NCBI GenBank assembly: GCA_964409365.1
Contig: CAYPCX010000012.1
Location: forward strand, 178 to 64,177
Direction: 5' to 3'
Source of the DNA: an uncultured Planctomycetia bacterium
GTDB lineage: Bacteria; Omnitrophota; Gorgyraeia; Tantalellales; Tantalellaceae
DNA: 64,000 nt
Made by a program: the position numbers and the translations under genes. Under the pieces are notes generated by a model that saw only the letters and a list, made by a program, of their open reading frames with translations, was not told where the DNA came from and made no database searches. Below are positions 20,602 to 30,081 of this stretch, in pieces; the stretch's first letter is position 1; each line of letters starts with the position of its first letter.

Positions 20602-21453
20602 TCAATAATCAAAACTTATCGTGATACCACCGTAAAATTCGCTCTCGGAGGCATCATTATATGTATCATGATCCAATATAAGTGAATAGGCCACGCTGGG
20701 CGTCACCGTGAAGTGGTTCAGGAAAGGTACGCTCACCTCTGCCGAGAACACCATATCGGCCCAGCCCGACTTATCCGTCCACTGTTCGTCGTTATACCCC
20801 GTGGTCATGGCCGCTGTCGCGGATATGCCGCTTCGGTCGAACTCGAACGTGTGGGATATCCCGAACAGGAAATACGACCCGTCCCCGCCGCCATCCGGGT
20901 TACCTTTGCCTCTTCCCACGTCCCAGTACCAGGTAAAGAACGGCTGGAGCATAATATCGTAGGATACGCCAAAATACACTTCATGCGTGTCGAAGAACTT
21001 GTCGTCCCAGTCGACGTTAGGAAAAGTGTAATAGATATAACCGACAGACGGCGTGAGCGGTTTCAGAAGATCAGGAATGTCGAAGTCCATCTTTTCCGAC
21101 ATCTCGCCCACATTAAAGGTGTAATCGACGGTGTAATCTATCTCGGTGAACTCCAGATATCGGCCGTTATCTTTTTCCTTGTCGCTGTTCAGCGTGTAGT
21201 TCGCCCACCAGTCGAACGTAAGGCCCCACTTGGACACCGAACCGTCGAGCTGCATTACCGGCTCGTCCCCAAGGTTCCACCCTCTCCATATATATTTGGT
21301 CATGAACGCCGTCGACAGTGAGACGTCCGGCATCCATCCCTCTTTTTCCGGAAGCCAGTCCTTGTCCGTGTCCAGGACCGCATACGCGTTCGCGGCAATA
21401 CCAAGGAACAACGCGACGGCTATCCAGATCAGCTTACCGTTCATTTTGGTCAT
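20602..21453 (-). CDS. Putative outer-membrane beta-barrel (TorF-like porin)
   Basis: Signal peptide, TKYIWRG, EIDY and aromatic C-terminus (ISFDY); directly upstream of amtB-glnK. Confidence 0.7.
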   Translation of the reverse strand: MTKMNGKLIWIAVALFLGIAANAYAVLDTDKDWLPEKEGWMPDVSLSTAFMTKYIWRGWNLGDEPVMQLDGSVSKWGLTFDWWANYTLNSDKEKDNGRYLEFTEIDYTVDYTFNVGEMSEKMDFDIPDLLKPLTPSVGYIYYTFPNVDWDDKFFDTHEVYFGVSYDIMLQPFFTWYWDVGRGKGNPDGGGDGSYFLFGISHTFEFDRSGISATAAMTTGYNDEQWTDKSGWADMVFSAEVSVPFLNHFTVTPSVAYSLILDHDTYNDASESEFYGGITISFDY

Positions 21454-21471
21454 TTTTTTCCTCCTTTAAAT

Positions 21472-21537
21472 AAAAAAGCCCTTTCTGATCTCTCCTAGAT
21501 CAAAAAGGGCTTCTATGCCTTGTAAACTTCTTTGTTT
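21472..21537 (-). promoter_or_regulatory. ANTAR dual-hexaloop attenuator upstream of porin-amtB-glnK
   Basis: AAAC-AAAGAA-GTTT, 4-nt linker, then GGC-ATAGAA-GCC overlapping terminator 21472-21512. Confidence 0.9.
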
Positions 21538-21569
21538 TTACACGCCTCGACTCCGCGGGGCGCGCCCTG

Positions 21570-22274
21570 CTACCACTTTCTTATCTCATGCGATATGATT
21601 ATGGCCTCCGCTATCTCCTTCATGCTCACGCGTTTGTTCATGCTGGATTTCCTTATAAGGTTGTAGGCCTCGTTCTCCGAAAGGTCCTGCTCCTTCATGA
21701 GGATCCCTTTCGCCTTTTCCACCTTCTTCCTGGTATCCAGCTCTTCCTGTATGACCTTCGTCTTGACCATGAGCTCGGTATTCTCGATGGCTACCGCCGC
21801 CTGGTTGGCCACAGCGCTCAACATGTTCACGTCGCTTTTCGTATACTCGTATGACTCCACGGTATAGACGTTGATCACACCGACGACCCTGTCCTTTACC
21901 ATCATCGGCACGCTCAGCATCGAGACAAGGCCTTCTTCCTTCGCCAGTTTTTTCTCTTTATATCTTTTGTCCTTCGCTACATCCTTGATCATAATGGGCT
22001 TTTTATCCTTGGCCACGAGGCCCACGATACCCTCGCCCACCTTGAGCGACCTTTCCTTGAGGTACTTTTGGCTCATCGACTGGGTCGCCCTGATCTTGAG
22101 CTCCCGCGTATCGGCATCGAGAAGCCACAGCGAGCATATCTTGGCGCTCATCACGTTAGCCGTGAGGTTCACCACGAGCTTGAGGATATCCTCAAGGTAC
22201 AGGTCGCTCGTTATGGCCTTGCTGATCTTGTTCAATGTCGCAAGGTAATCCTTCTCCGATGACTTCTTCATCAT
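21570..22274 (-). CDS. GAF-ANTAR RNA-binding antiterminator
   Basis: GAF domain (SMLSVPM...VGVINV...ANQAAVAIEN) plus ANTAR domain (RKKVEKAKGILM...EAYNLIRKSSMNKRVSMKEIAEAII). Confidence 0.92.
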   Translation of the reverse strand: MMKKSSEKDYLATLNKISKAITSDLYLEDILKLVVNLTANVMSAKICSLWLLDADTRELKIRATQSMSQKYLKERSLKVGEGIVGLVAKDKKPIMIKDVAKDKRYKEKKLAKEEGLVSMLSVPMMVKDRVVGVINVYTVESYEYTKSDVNMLSAVANQAAVAIENTELMVKTKVIQEELDTRKKVEKAKGILMKEQDLSENEAYNLIRKSSMNKRVSMKEIAEAIIISHEIRKW

Positions 22275-22280
22275 ACGCTC

Positions 22281-24386
22281 CTACATAAGGAACAGCATCT
22301 CCGCGTAAGACGGCAGCGGCCAGACATTTTCCGGGATGAGGCCTTCGAGTGCGTCCACTATCTTACGCAGCTCGTTCATATCCGAGATCATCCCGGATGT
22401 CGAGTCCTTTTCTATGCTTTTTTCCAGCTCCTTGACGCCTTTCAGCGCGTCCTCGGTAAGTGAACATATCCCTTTCAAAAGCACCTGGGCCTCGGGGTTC
22501 TTGCAACCGCACCCCTGTACGTCCTCGATCGTGCCCGCGAGGTCGCTCTGGTATTCAAGCGCCGCCGGGATGATCATCGTATTGGCCATTGTTAGAGCTA
22601 TTCCCGCCTCGATCGTTATCGCCTTCTCGTACTGTTCCATGTATATCTCGCCGCGGGACAAAAGCTCCGACTTGGAGAGCACCTCGTGCCTTTCGAAAAG
22701 GTCCACTATCCTTTTATCCTTCACGACCTTGAGCGCTTCGGGAGTCGTTTTCAGGTTAGGCAGACCTCTCTTCTTGGCCTCTTTGTGCCACTTCTCGGTG
22801 TAATTGTCGCCGTCGAAGAGTATCCTTTTATGCTTCTTGACGATGTCCCGCAATATGGCCTGCAATGACTTGTTGAAATTCTTTCCGGCTTCTTTGTCGG
22901 CTTCCAGTTTCGTGCATATCTCATCCAGGGCGTCCGCCACTATGGTGTTAAGGACCACGTTGGAGCCCGCGCAGCTCTGGTTCGATCCCACCATGCGGAA
23001 CTCGAACTTGTTGCCCGTAAAAGCAAAGGGCGAGGTCCTGTTCCTGTCGGTCACGTCCCTGGGAAGGGTCGGGATCGAGGTAACACCCAGTTCTATAGTT
23101 TTAGCTTTTTTAGATGCCTTTGTTTTCCCTTTGCCGCCGATCTGTTCTATTATCTCCGTCAGCTGGTCCCCCAGAAATATCGACAGTATGGCCGGCGGGG
23201 CCTCATTCGCGCCGAGCCGGTGGTCGTTACCCGCCGTGGCGACGCTTGCCCTCAGCATATCGGCATAGGTATCGATGGCCTTCATCAGGGCACACACCAT
23301 GGTAAGGAATTTCGCGTTCTCCCTCGGATTATCCCCGGGGGCAAGCCAGTTCTTCCCGTCGGGCCCGCAGATCGACCAGTTGTTGTGCTTGCCCGAGCCG
23401 TTCACGCCGGCGTAGGGCTTTTCATGAAGAAGGCACACAAGTCCGTATTTCTCGGCCGTCTTCTTGAGGACTTCCATGGTCACCATGTTGTGGTCCACCG
23501 AAAGGTTCTGCTCCTCGAAAACGGGAGCTATCTCGAACTGCGCCGGGCATACCTCGTTGTGGCGGGTCTTAGCCGGGATACCCAGCCTCCAGAGTTCGCG
23601 GTCCAGGTCGTCCATGAACGACAGTACCCTTGTCTTGATGGCCCCAAAGTAATGGTCTTCCAGCTGCTGGTGTTTGGCCGGGGCCCTGCCGAAAAGCGTC
23701 CTGCCGGTCTGTATCAGGTCGAGCCGCTTTTCATAATGCGCCTTGTCGATGAGGAAATATTCCTGTTCCGGCCCCAGCGTGGAGTACGCCCTCTTATTTT
23801 TCACGTCTATCCCGAACAGCTTCGCCAGACGGCAGACCTGCCTGGAAAGGGCGTTCACCGACCTTAAAAGAGGCGTCTTTTTATCGAGGGCCTCACCGTG
23901 ATAAGAATAAAACGCCGTCGGTATACAAAGGGTGGCGCCGTTCTCCCCTTCTTTTATAAAGGCGGGAGATGTGGGGTCCCATGCCGTGTAACCGCGCGCC
24001 TCAAAAGTAGCCCTTAAGCCCCCGGACGGAAAACTTGACGCGTCAGGCTCGCCTTTTATAAGCTCTTTTCCGGAAAAGGATAGCATTACACCCCCTTCGT
24101 CGTCAGGGTTGATGAACGCGTCATGCTTCTCGGCTGTAGCTCCGGTAAGCGGCTGGAACCAATGGGTAAAGTGGGTCGCCCCTTTCGAAACAGCCCAGGT
24201 CTTCATGGCGTCGGCTACCTCGTCCGCGATCTTCGGGTCCAGGGAACGGCCCTCCCTTATCGTCGATATGAGCGACTTATAAGCTGTATCCGACAGGTAG
24301 TTCCTCATATTCTTGATGCTGAACACGTTCTCACCGTAGAACTCCGGAACGTTATCGATATTCAACATTCTTTCTCTTTTTGCCAT
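22281..24386 (-). CDS. glnN: Glutamine synthetase type III
   Basis: [38 protein letters not shown] and [18 protein letters not shown]; start set at MAKRE after AGGAG. Confidence 0.93.
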   Translation of the reverse strand: MAKRERMLNIDNVPEFYGENVFSIKNMRNYLSDTAYKSLISTIREGRSLDPKIADEVADAMKTWAVSKGATHFTHWFQPLTGATAEKHDAFINPDDEGGVMLSFSGKELIKGEPDASSFPSGGLRATFEARGYTAWDPTSPAFIKEGENGATLCIPTAFYSYHGEALDKKTPLLRSVNALSRQVCRLAKLFGIDVKNKRAYSTLGPEQEYFLIDKAHYEKRLDLIQTGRTLFGRAPAKHQQLEDHYFGAIKTRVLSFMDDLDRELWRLGIPAKTRHNEVCPAQFEIAPVFEEQNLSVDHNMVTMEVLKKTAEKYGLVCLLHEKPYAGVNGSGKHNNWSICGPDGKNWLAPGDNPRENAKFLTMVCALMKAIDTYADMLRASVATAGNDHRLGANEAPPAILSIFLGDQLTEIIEQIGGKGKTKASKKAKTIELGVTSIPTLPRDVTDRNRTSPFAFTGNKFEFRMVGSNQSCAGSNVVLNTIVADALDEICTKLEADKEAGKNFNKSLQAILRDIVKKHKRILFDGDNYTEKWHKEAKKRGLPNLKTTPEALKVVKDKRIVDLFERHEVLSKSELLSRGEIYMEQYEKAITIEAGIALTMANTMIIPAALEYQSDLAGTIEDVQGCGCKNPEAQVLLKGICSLTEDALKGVKELEKSIEKDSTSGMISDMNELRKIVDALEGLIPENVWPLPSYAEMLFLM

Positions 24387-24462
24387 GGTCTTTTCTCCTT
24401 CTTTTACCTTCAAAGCTGTTGTTCTTAACATTTTAACACCCTTCCGTTTAAAATCAACATAT

Positions 24463-24642
24463 AAAAAAACGTCCCATTCCACCGCCAGCTTTGCGGCTGA
24501 AATAGGACGTCTTCATCCTGCCTGTCTTGTCCGGGACCGCGGTGCCCGGAAATAAAAAAGGCGTTCTTCCCAGAACGCCTCATCGCAATTTGTGCACCAT
24601 CTTCGTGCAATTCTATTTTACATGTTTTGCTGTTTTTGTCAA
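24463..24642 (-). promoter_or_regulatory. glnN promoter and tandem ANTAR-like attenuators
   Basis: TTGACA-16-TAAAAT; hairpins GCAC-GAAGATG-GTGC and TGC-GATGAG-GCG over terminator 24554-24580; GGGC-ACCGCG-GTCC and GGAT-GAAGAC-GTCC over terminator 24463-24512. Confidence 0.75.
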
Positions 24643-24648
24643 TACCTT

Positions 24649-26844
24649 TTATCTCACTTTTTTCACTTTACAGGCCGTGTCTTGTGAAAACTCCCGGATA
24701 TTTAACCGCAAAACCCCGCTCTTTGTGGATACCTTTTCCCTGGATATGACATCTCCCTTGAACGTGTCCCACCATTCCACCTTGTAAGCGCCTTCTTCGA
24801 GGTCAAAGACATCCAGGTAAGCGTTTTTGATAGGGGCCGGTTCTTTTGAATAGTAGGTGTTCTTCCAGTTATAGCTCTTATTCTGTATCCAGAAAAGGAT
24901 CTCATCCCCCACCACAAGACCGAGACACCTCGCGTTGGCGTATATTTCGCTGACGTAATCCGTCAGTGTGATCTCTTTTATGCCTATCCAGTCCTTCCCG
25001 GAGTTCTCGATACGGATAGCATGCTTCCCGGCGGGCACGCGTATTTCCAGGAACTGGTCATATACACACTGATATACCTTTTTATCCCTGCGGTAAAGAC
25101 TTCTTTTCCAGGGACCTTCCTTGCCCGGCCCGGTAGTGAACTCCCGGTCCAGCACTTTTTTATCGTCAAGATAGACCAAAAGCCGCGCCTGGTGCGCGAC
25201 CATGCCGACCTTTATCCTGAAGTTCCCTTCGGACGGAAAATCCACGTGATAGACCTGCTTCCCGTCTAACTTCGCGCCTTTCTCTCCCTGGAGATATTTA
25301 GTCGGTGTTCCGCCGATCAGGTCCCCGTTCTTCAGAACGGTGAATTCCTTTGCGTAGACCTTGCCCCATTTATCTGCCGGTTTGATCGTAAGATCTTTCA
25401 GGGCCGGTTTCTTCTTAGGGGCCTTCTTCGAAATGACCTGGCTCGTCACGGGGACTTTAACTATTTCCGAATCCCAGTTCACCCCCCGGAGAAACGCGTT
25501 CAGGCCCTTATAATGAAAATAAAGGTTCTTCGGCCTGATATAAGTATCCCACCACCAGCCCATAGCTGAACCGAAATACCTGCTCAGCGCGGTAGCCCAT
25601 ATACTGTTGTGAAGCAGTGTTCCTTTTCCGCCCGGATCATAGACCTTGTCGTCCTTGCCGGCATCCATCCCTATCTCGGCTATGAGGAACGGCTTATCAT
25701 ATACGGCCGCGAGCTCATAAGACTTCTGTATGCTCTCACTCACCACGTCCTTCACGGTCCTGTTCCCGTACAGGTGGATAGTTATGACGTCAATGTCTTT
25801 CACCGACCAGACCTTGCCCTTGTCAAAGATCTCTCCCCAGGGATATCCCATGCTGGTGGTCAAAAACTGTCCGTGCGGGTTGATCTCTTTTACGAAGGCA
25901 GACATCTCCTCTATCCATTCTCTTGGCGCATTAAGCTCGTTCCAGAACTCGAACGCCAGGATATTAGGCGAATAGCTCCACCTGGAGATAATGTATCTCA
26001 ACTTGTTCTTGTACCAGCGTTTCGCTTCGGGATCGGTAAAAAGATCCTCCGGCCGCGTACAGGGCCCTCCGTTCTTCCTGTTATAGGGATTCATCCCCCA
26101 CCTGTCTTCTGACCAGGATCCCTTTTCGATCATCAGGTCTCCGTACGTCCCAAGGCAGAGTATTATATATATGCCCCTTTTCTTCGCAAGATCGAGAAGC
26201 TTATCCAGATCCAGGGAAGCGTCCCTGTCATACCTGCCCATTTTTTCCCACTCGATCTGGAACGACCACTCCGAAAGCCAAACCCTTGTAAGATTACACC
26301 CGTTCTTTTCCAGCTCAGTGAAATACCTGTCAAAAACGGAAAGGCTGTTCTCATACGCCCAGGCTATGTTATGCCCTATACCGAAAAATGGCTCTCCTGA
26401 ATCGAATACCAGGTAATACGGATTGTTCCTGCTGCGCCGCAGGAATCCCCTGTTTTCGCTTTTTCTTACGTCAAAATGGCGGGTCCCGGTATTTTCATCC
26501 AGGGTTTTCGCAGCCGCATGCAGGGAATAATCGTACCTGCCCGGAACAACAGGGGTAAACCTGACCTCCCACAAGGAGATACCAGTACCCTTCTTATTGT
26601 AAAGACAGAAAGCCGGGATGGTCACTCGTCCTCCGTCGGGCAGGGTTATCCTGGCCTCGACCTTCACGTTGCCGGGATCGTTGGGATTTCCGTTGAAATA
26701 AGGCAGGGTGAACTCTAATATGAACGGCTCATATTGCCTGACCTTTTGCGGGCCGCTTACTTCCAAAGCCGCAGCTGACGCCGCAAGAAAGCAAAGAAAC
26801 ACCGCGAAAGCGGTGATCGCGCGCCTGCAAAAACGGGTATTCAT
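24649..26844 (-). CDS. Secreted clan-A glycoside hydrolase (DUF5060 plus GH5-like)
   Basis: Signal peptide, WEVRFTP, acid/base FEFWNE, nucleophile IAEIG and a CBM-like C-terminal region. Confidence 0.75.
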   Translation of the reverse strand: MNTRFCRRAITAFAVFLCFLAASAAALEVSGPQKVRQYEPFILEFTLPYFNGNPNDPGNVKVEARITLPDGGRVTIPAFCLYNKKGTGISLWEVRFTPVVPGRYDYSLHAAAKTLDENTGTRHFDVRKSENRGFLRRSRNNPYYLVFDSGEPFFGIGHNIAWAYENSLSVFDRYFTELEKNGCNLTRVWLSEWSFQIEWEKMGRYDRDASLDLDKLLDLAKKRGIYIILCLGTYGDLMIEKGSWSEDRWGMNPYNRKNGGPCTRPEDLFTDPEAKRWYKNKLRYIISRWSYSPNILAFEFWNELNAPREWIEEMSAFVKEINPHGQFLTTSMGYPWGEIFDKGKVWSVKDIDVITIHLYGNRTVKDVVSESIQKSYELAAVYDKPFLIAEIGMDAGKDDKVYDPGGKGTLLHNSIWATALSRYFGSAMGWWWDTYIRPKNLYFHYKGLNAFLRGVNWDSEIVKVPVTSQVISKKAPKKKPALKDLTIKPADKWGKVYAKEFTVLKNGDLIGGTPTKYLQGEKGAKLDGKQVYHVDFPSEGNFRIKVGMVAHQARLLVYLDDKKVLDREFTTGPGKEGPWKRSLYRRDKKVYQCVYDQFLEIRVPAGKHAIRIENSGKDWIGIKEITLTDYVSEIYANARCLGLVVGDEILFWIQNKSYNWKNTYYSKEPAPIKNAYLDVFDLEEGAYKVEWWDTFKGDVISREKVSTKSGVLRLNIREFSQDTACKVKKVR

Positions 26845-26853
26845 TACGCTTTT

Positions 26854-27117
26854 TTACACCCGTTGCACTCTTTGTGAGACTCTTCCGGTCAACCTCCAAC
26901 CCACGAAAATAGCCGCTGTTATGGTCACTCCGAGCATCAGGTCTTTAGCCACATTACCCGAGATGAGCAATAGCTCACCATTCCAAAGATGGTCCACCAC
27001 GCCGAATATCGCGGCGCCGTAAAGCATCAGGTTGAGCTGCCATAGCCGGGCGGTCCTTTTTTTCGCCCAGATGACCGTCGTAACCGCTGAAGTCACTAGT
27101 GGAACTGTGTAACACAT
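26854..27117 (-). CDS. Small membrane protein
   Basis: 87 aa, about three TM segments, GVVDHLWNGE motif, AGGAGG RBS. Confidence 0.75.
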   Translation of the reverse strand: MCYTVPLVTSAVTTVIWAKKRTARLWQLNLMLYGAAIFGVVDHLWNGELLLISGNVAKDLMLGVTITAAIFVGWRLTGRVSQRVQRV

Positions 27118-27142
27118 GGTCTTTCCTCCTTTTTATCTTTTC

Positions 27143-28558
27143 TTAAAAGTCAAGGTGCGCTCTTGCGCCGTACACAAATATGGTCTGGTGGTCGCCCTGT
27201 GGTGAGGACTTTCCTATACCGTTCGGGTTCCAGATAACCTGAAAGTCAGGGCTTATGCCGAGATACGGGTTCAACTGACACCTGTAATATGCCTCAAAAT
27301 GGCCTTCGGCAAAACCGGCATCAGCGGCTCTTTTATATTCTTCACTCGGGAAAAGCTGTCCCACCGCGACCGCGATCACATCTTCTTCCCTGTTCCAGTA
27401 CTTGCCGGTCATCTGTGCGCCCGCCGACCACATCCATTCTACGGTCGGCCCCCCGTCGGCGGGGATAAGATCCGGCCTCTGCCACCCGCACCGCGTGAAG
27501 AAACCGAAGACATCTGTCACCATCTGATCCCAGGTCAACCCGAACCCGTAATTGATCTCCTTGTTGTCACTGCTCTCCGCTTGGCCCAGTTCCGTCAGCT
27601 TCGTATGGAACCTGTCGTTGACCCATCCGTAGAACCTGTAATTGCCTTCATACTGTTCGGGATCCGCCCCGAAAAGGGTCGCAGGTCTCAGGTTGACCTG
27701 CCCTATATAAACGCCGCCTTCGAATACGTCTTCCCAGTTAGCGTCACCTTCAAAAAAACCCGCGCTGAGGACCAGGAATTCGGCCGACTTGGGGCTCACT
27801 TCCGCCCGTAACCCGAAAGCGTTATCGGACGGCCATTCAAGCACGGGAGAATTATTAAAGAGCCCACCGAGGAACTGCGAAGTGTCATCGTTGGCATATT
27901 TGTTATCATCGAAATAATCCGTCGGGTCCAGCTTGCCAGCGGTTACCGTGAACTGTTTATCGAAAAGGTATTGTTCGTAATAGAACTTGTTCCCGATAAC
28001 GTCCGCTCCGGTGTCGTTGGCATTGTTATTTACGATGCTGAAAAGGGCCATCTCACCGTTGAGCGTGTCTCCCTGCCCTATTTCCAGCTCGATAAAAGCG
28101 CGCCCCCAATCCGCGAACCTGTGCTCTATGTCTATATCCCCTTTCCACGAACCATCGAAACGGCTGTCCTCGTCAGCCCCGGCATTATTGGCGTTCGGCG
28201 TACCCTGGACGATCGCCGTTACGTTGGCTCCTATCCTGAAACCCTCCCACTCTAGGACCTCGCTGATCTGTCTCTTGTGATCCACGTGTATGCCGCCTTT
28301 TTCGATCGGGACTTCTCTTTCATGGAACTTTTTGATAATCGGCCCTTCCGGCTTACCTTGCTGCGCCCCCTCGGCGGCAGTACCCTTTGGGGGCATACTT
28401 TGTTCGGAGACTTTCGCTTCAAGTTCGGCTACCCTCGCTTTCAGGGACCGGATCTCTTCCATGAGCTCTTTCACCGTAGGTTCGCCCCCTCCCGCCCGGG
28501 CGGGAACACAGTAAAGGATGAATACGAGGAACATAAAAATCAACATAACCCTTTTCAT
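27143..28558 (-). CDS. OprB-like porin with an N-terminal coiled coil
   Basis: Signal peptide, TAGKLDPTDYFDDNKYANDD..QF, EAYY...ISPDFQ and terminal F. Confidence 0.8.
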   Translation of the reverse strand: MKRVMLIFMFLVFILYCVPARAGGGEPTVKELMEEIRSLKARVAELEAKVSEQSMPPKGTAAEGAQQGKPEGPIIKKFHEREVPIEKGGIHVDHKRQISEVLEWEGFRIGANVTAIVQGTPNANNAGADEDSRFDGSWKGDIDIEHRFADWGRAFIELEIGQGDTLNGEMALFSIVNNNANDTGADVIGNKFYYEQYLFDKQFTVTAGKLDPTDYFDDNKYANDDTSQFLGGLFNNSPVLEWPSDNAFGLRAEVSPKSAEFLVLSAGFFEGDANWEDVFEGGVYIGQVNLRPATLFGADPEQYEGNYRFYGWVNDRFHTKLTELGQAESSDNKEINYGFGLTWDQMVTDVFGFFTRCGWQRPDLIPADGGPTVEWMWSAGAQMTGKYWNREEDVIAVAVGQLFPSEEYKRAADAGFAEGHFEAYYRCQLNPYLGISPDFQVIWNPNGIGKSSPQGDHQTIFVYGARAHLDF

Positions 28559-28573
28559 GGCACACCGCCCCCT

Positions 28574-28990
28574 TTAGACAAGGTCTTTACCGGTCGTCGC
28601 CGCAGTAAGCTGACCGTGCTTCACGCCCTTTGTTGCCCTCAATTTATTAGCAAGGTCCTGGACTTCCCGAGGTTTCCCCTTCACGACTATAATTTCCAGA
28701 CAATTATGATGGTCCAGATGGATATGCTGGTTGGCTATGATAAGGTGGTGGAAATCATGCTGCACATCGACAAGCGAGTTCAGGAGATCCCTCTTGTGGT
28801 GGTCATAGACAATGGTGATCGTCCCCGCCACTTCTTCCTTCCCGAACCATTCTTTTTTGACGAGCTTTTCCCGTATGAGGTCCCTGAAGGCCTCCGAACG
28901 GTTGACATACTTTTCTTCTTTTATCAGTCCGTCGAATTTATCAAGAAGCCCTTTATCAAGCGAGACCCCGAAACGGATCAGGTCTGACAT
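28574..28990 (-). CDS. nikR: Nickel-responsive regulator
   Basis: RFGVSL, NRSEAFRDLIR, YDHH and HIHLDHHNCLE; start set at MSDLIR. Confidence 0.95.
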   Translation of the reverse strand: MSDLIRFGVSLDKGLLDKFDGLIKEEKYVNRSEAFRDLIREKLVKKEWFGKEEVAGTITIVYDHHKRDLLNSLVDVQHDFHHLIIANQHIHLDHHNCLEIIVVKGKPREVQDLANKLRATKGVKHGQLTAATTGKDLV

Positions 28991-29000
28991 CTTGCCTCCC

Positions 29001-29027
29001 GTGTTACGATTTATCAAATAGTAACAC
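29001..29027. promoter_or_regulatory. Putative NikR operator
   Basis: Perfect GTGTTAC-N13-GTAACAC immediately upstream of the nikR RBS. Confidence 0.75.
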
Positions 29028-29064
29028 GTAAGGGGTCTTGCGTCAAGCGCCTGAGGATCTTTTT

Positions 29065-30081
29065 TTAGCAGATACGGGGAAGCTGGTCAGATTCGAGCAT
29101 AGGAAGGATACGGGTCGATCCGATGCGGGTTCGGAGGCGGACTTCGCCTTTGTGGCGGGTGGTGGTACGGCCTATCAGACGGGCGCCGGGCCCCATGGCC
29201 TTTTTAACCCTGGATGCGTCTTCTTCGCTGACAAAGCAGACAAATTTCCCTTCATTCGCAACATACAGCGGATCAAAGCCCAGGACGTCGCAGAGTTTCC
29301 CGACGGCGGGCTTCACGGGGATATCCTTTTCAGATATTTCAATACCGATGTTCGATGACCGGGCTATCTCATTAAGCGTAGTGGCGAGTCCCCCTCTTGT
29401 GGGATCGCGCATAACGCTGATCTTTTCCGACGCCTTAAGACATTTTTGTGCTTCAAAATTCACATTTGCGCAGTCGCTTTTTATGGGGGGTTTAAACCCG
29501 AGGTCCTCTCTCGCGTTCAATATTGCCATACCATGCTCGGCTATACCGCCGTTTATAAGCACAAGGTCGCCGCTTTTCGGTTTGACGCCAACGCCCTTTC
29601 CTTTCTCTATCACACCTATGCCTGAAGTGTTGATGAACATCCCGTCACAGGCGCCTTGTTCGACGACCTTGATGTCACCTGTCACGACCTTAACATTTGC
29701 TTCCCGAGCGGCCTGCTTTATCGAGGAAGCGACCCTTCCAAGCACGGAGAACTCAAGCCCTTCTTCCAGGATGAACGCAAGCGACAAATAAAGAGGACGC
29801 GCGCCTTTCATGGATATATCGTTCACGGTCCCGCAAACGGCAAGTTTGCCTATGTCGCCGCCGGGAAAGAAAAGCGGTTTCACCACGTAGGAATCGGTAC
29901 TGAAAGCGAGGCGCTCCGCGTCCACCCTCAGTTCTGCGGCATCCGCCATCTCGTCGAGGATCCTGTTAGAGAACTTCAGACGCATATCCTCGACCAGCTC
30001 ATGCATGAGCTTCCCGCCGTTCCCATGCGCAAGAGTTATTGTCTTCCCTGAGACCTGAGACCTGAGACCTGAGACCTTCAT
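29065..30081 (-). CDS. hypE: Hydrogenase maturation protein HypE
   Basis: LAHGNGG, FFPGGDIGKLAV, RDPTRGG and C-terminal PRIC. Confidence 0.95.
   Translation of the reverse strand: MKVSGLRSQVSGKTITLAHGNGGKLMHELVEDMRLKFSNRILDEMADAAELRVDAERLAFSTDSYVVKPLFFPGGDIGKLAVCGTVNDISMKGARPLYLSLAFILEEGLEFSVLGRVASSIKQAAREANVKVVTGDIKVVEQGACDGMFINTSGIGVIEKGKGVGVKPKSGDLVLINGGIAEHGMAILNAREDLGFKPPIKSDCANVNFEAQKCLKASEKISVMRDPTRGGLATTLNEIARSSNIGIEISEKDIPVKPAVGKLCDVLGFDPLYVANEGKFVCFVSEEDASRVKKAMGPGARLIGRTTTRHKGEVRLRTRIGSTRILPMLESDQLPRIC
30047..30077. repeat. Heptamer tandem repeat (CCTGAGA)x4 in the 5' end of hypE
   Basis: Encodes the N-terminal segment KVSGLRSQVSG. Confidence 0.9.

Noticed and set aside
24387-24482. 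N-terminal extension of GS III given in the ORF track
   Set aside because: It begins inside the leader terminator; the AGGAG RBS supports 24386, though 24431 cannot be excluded.
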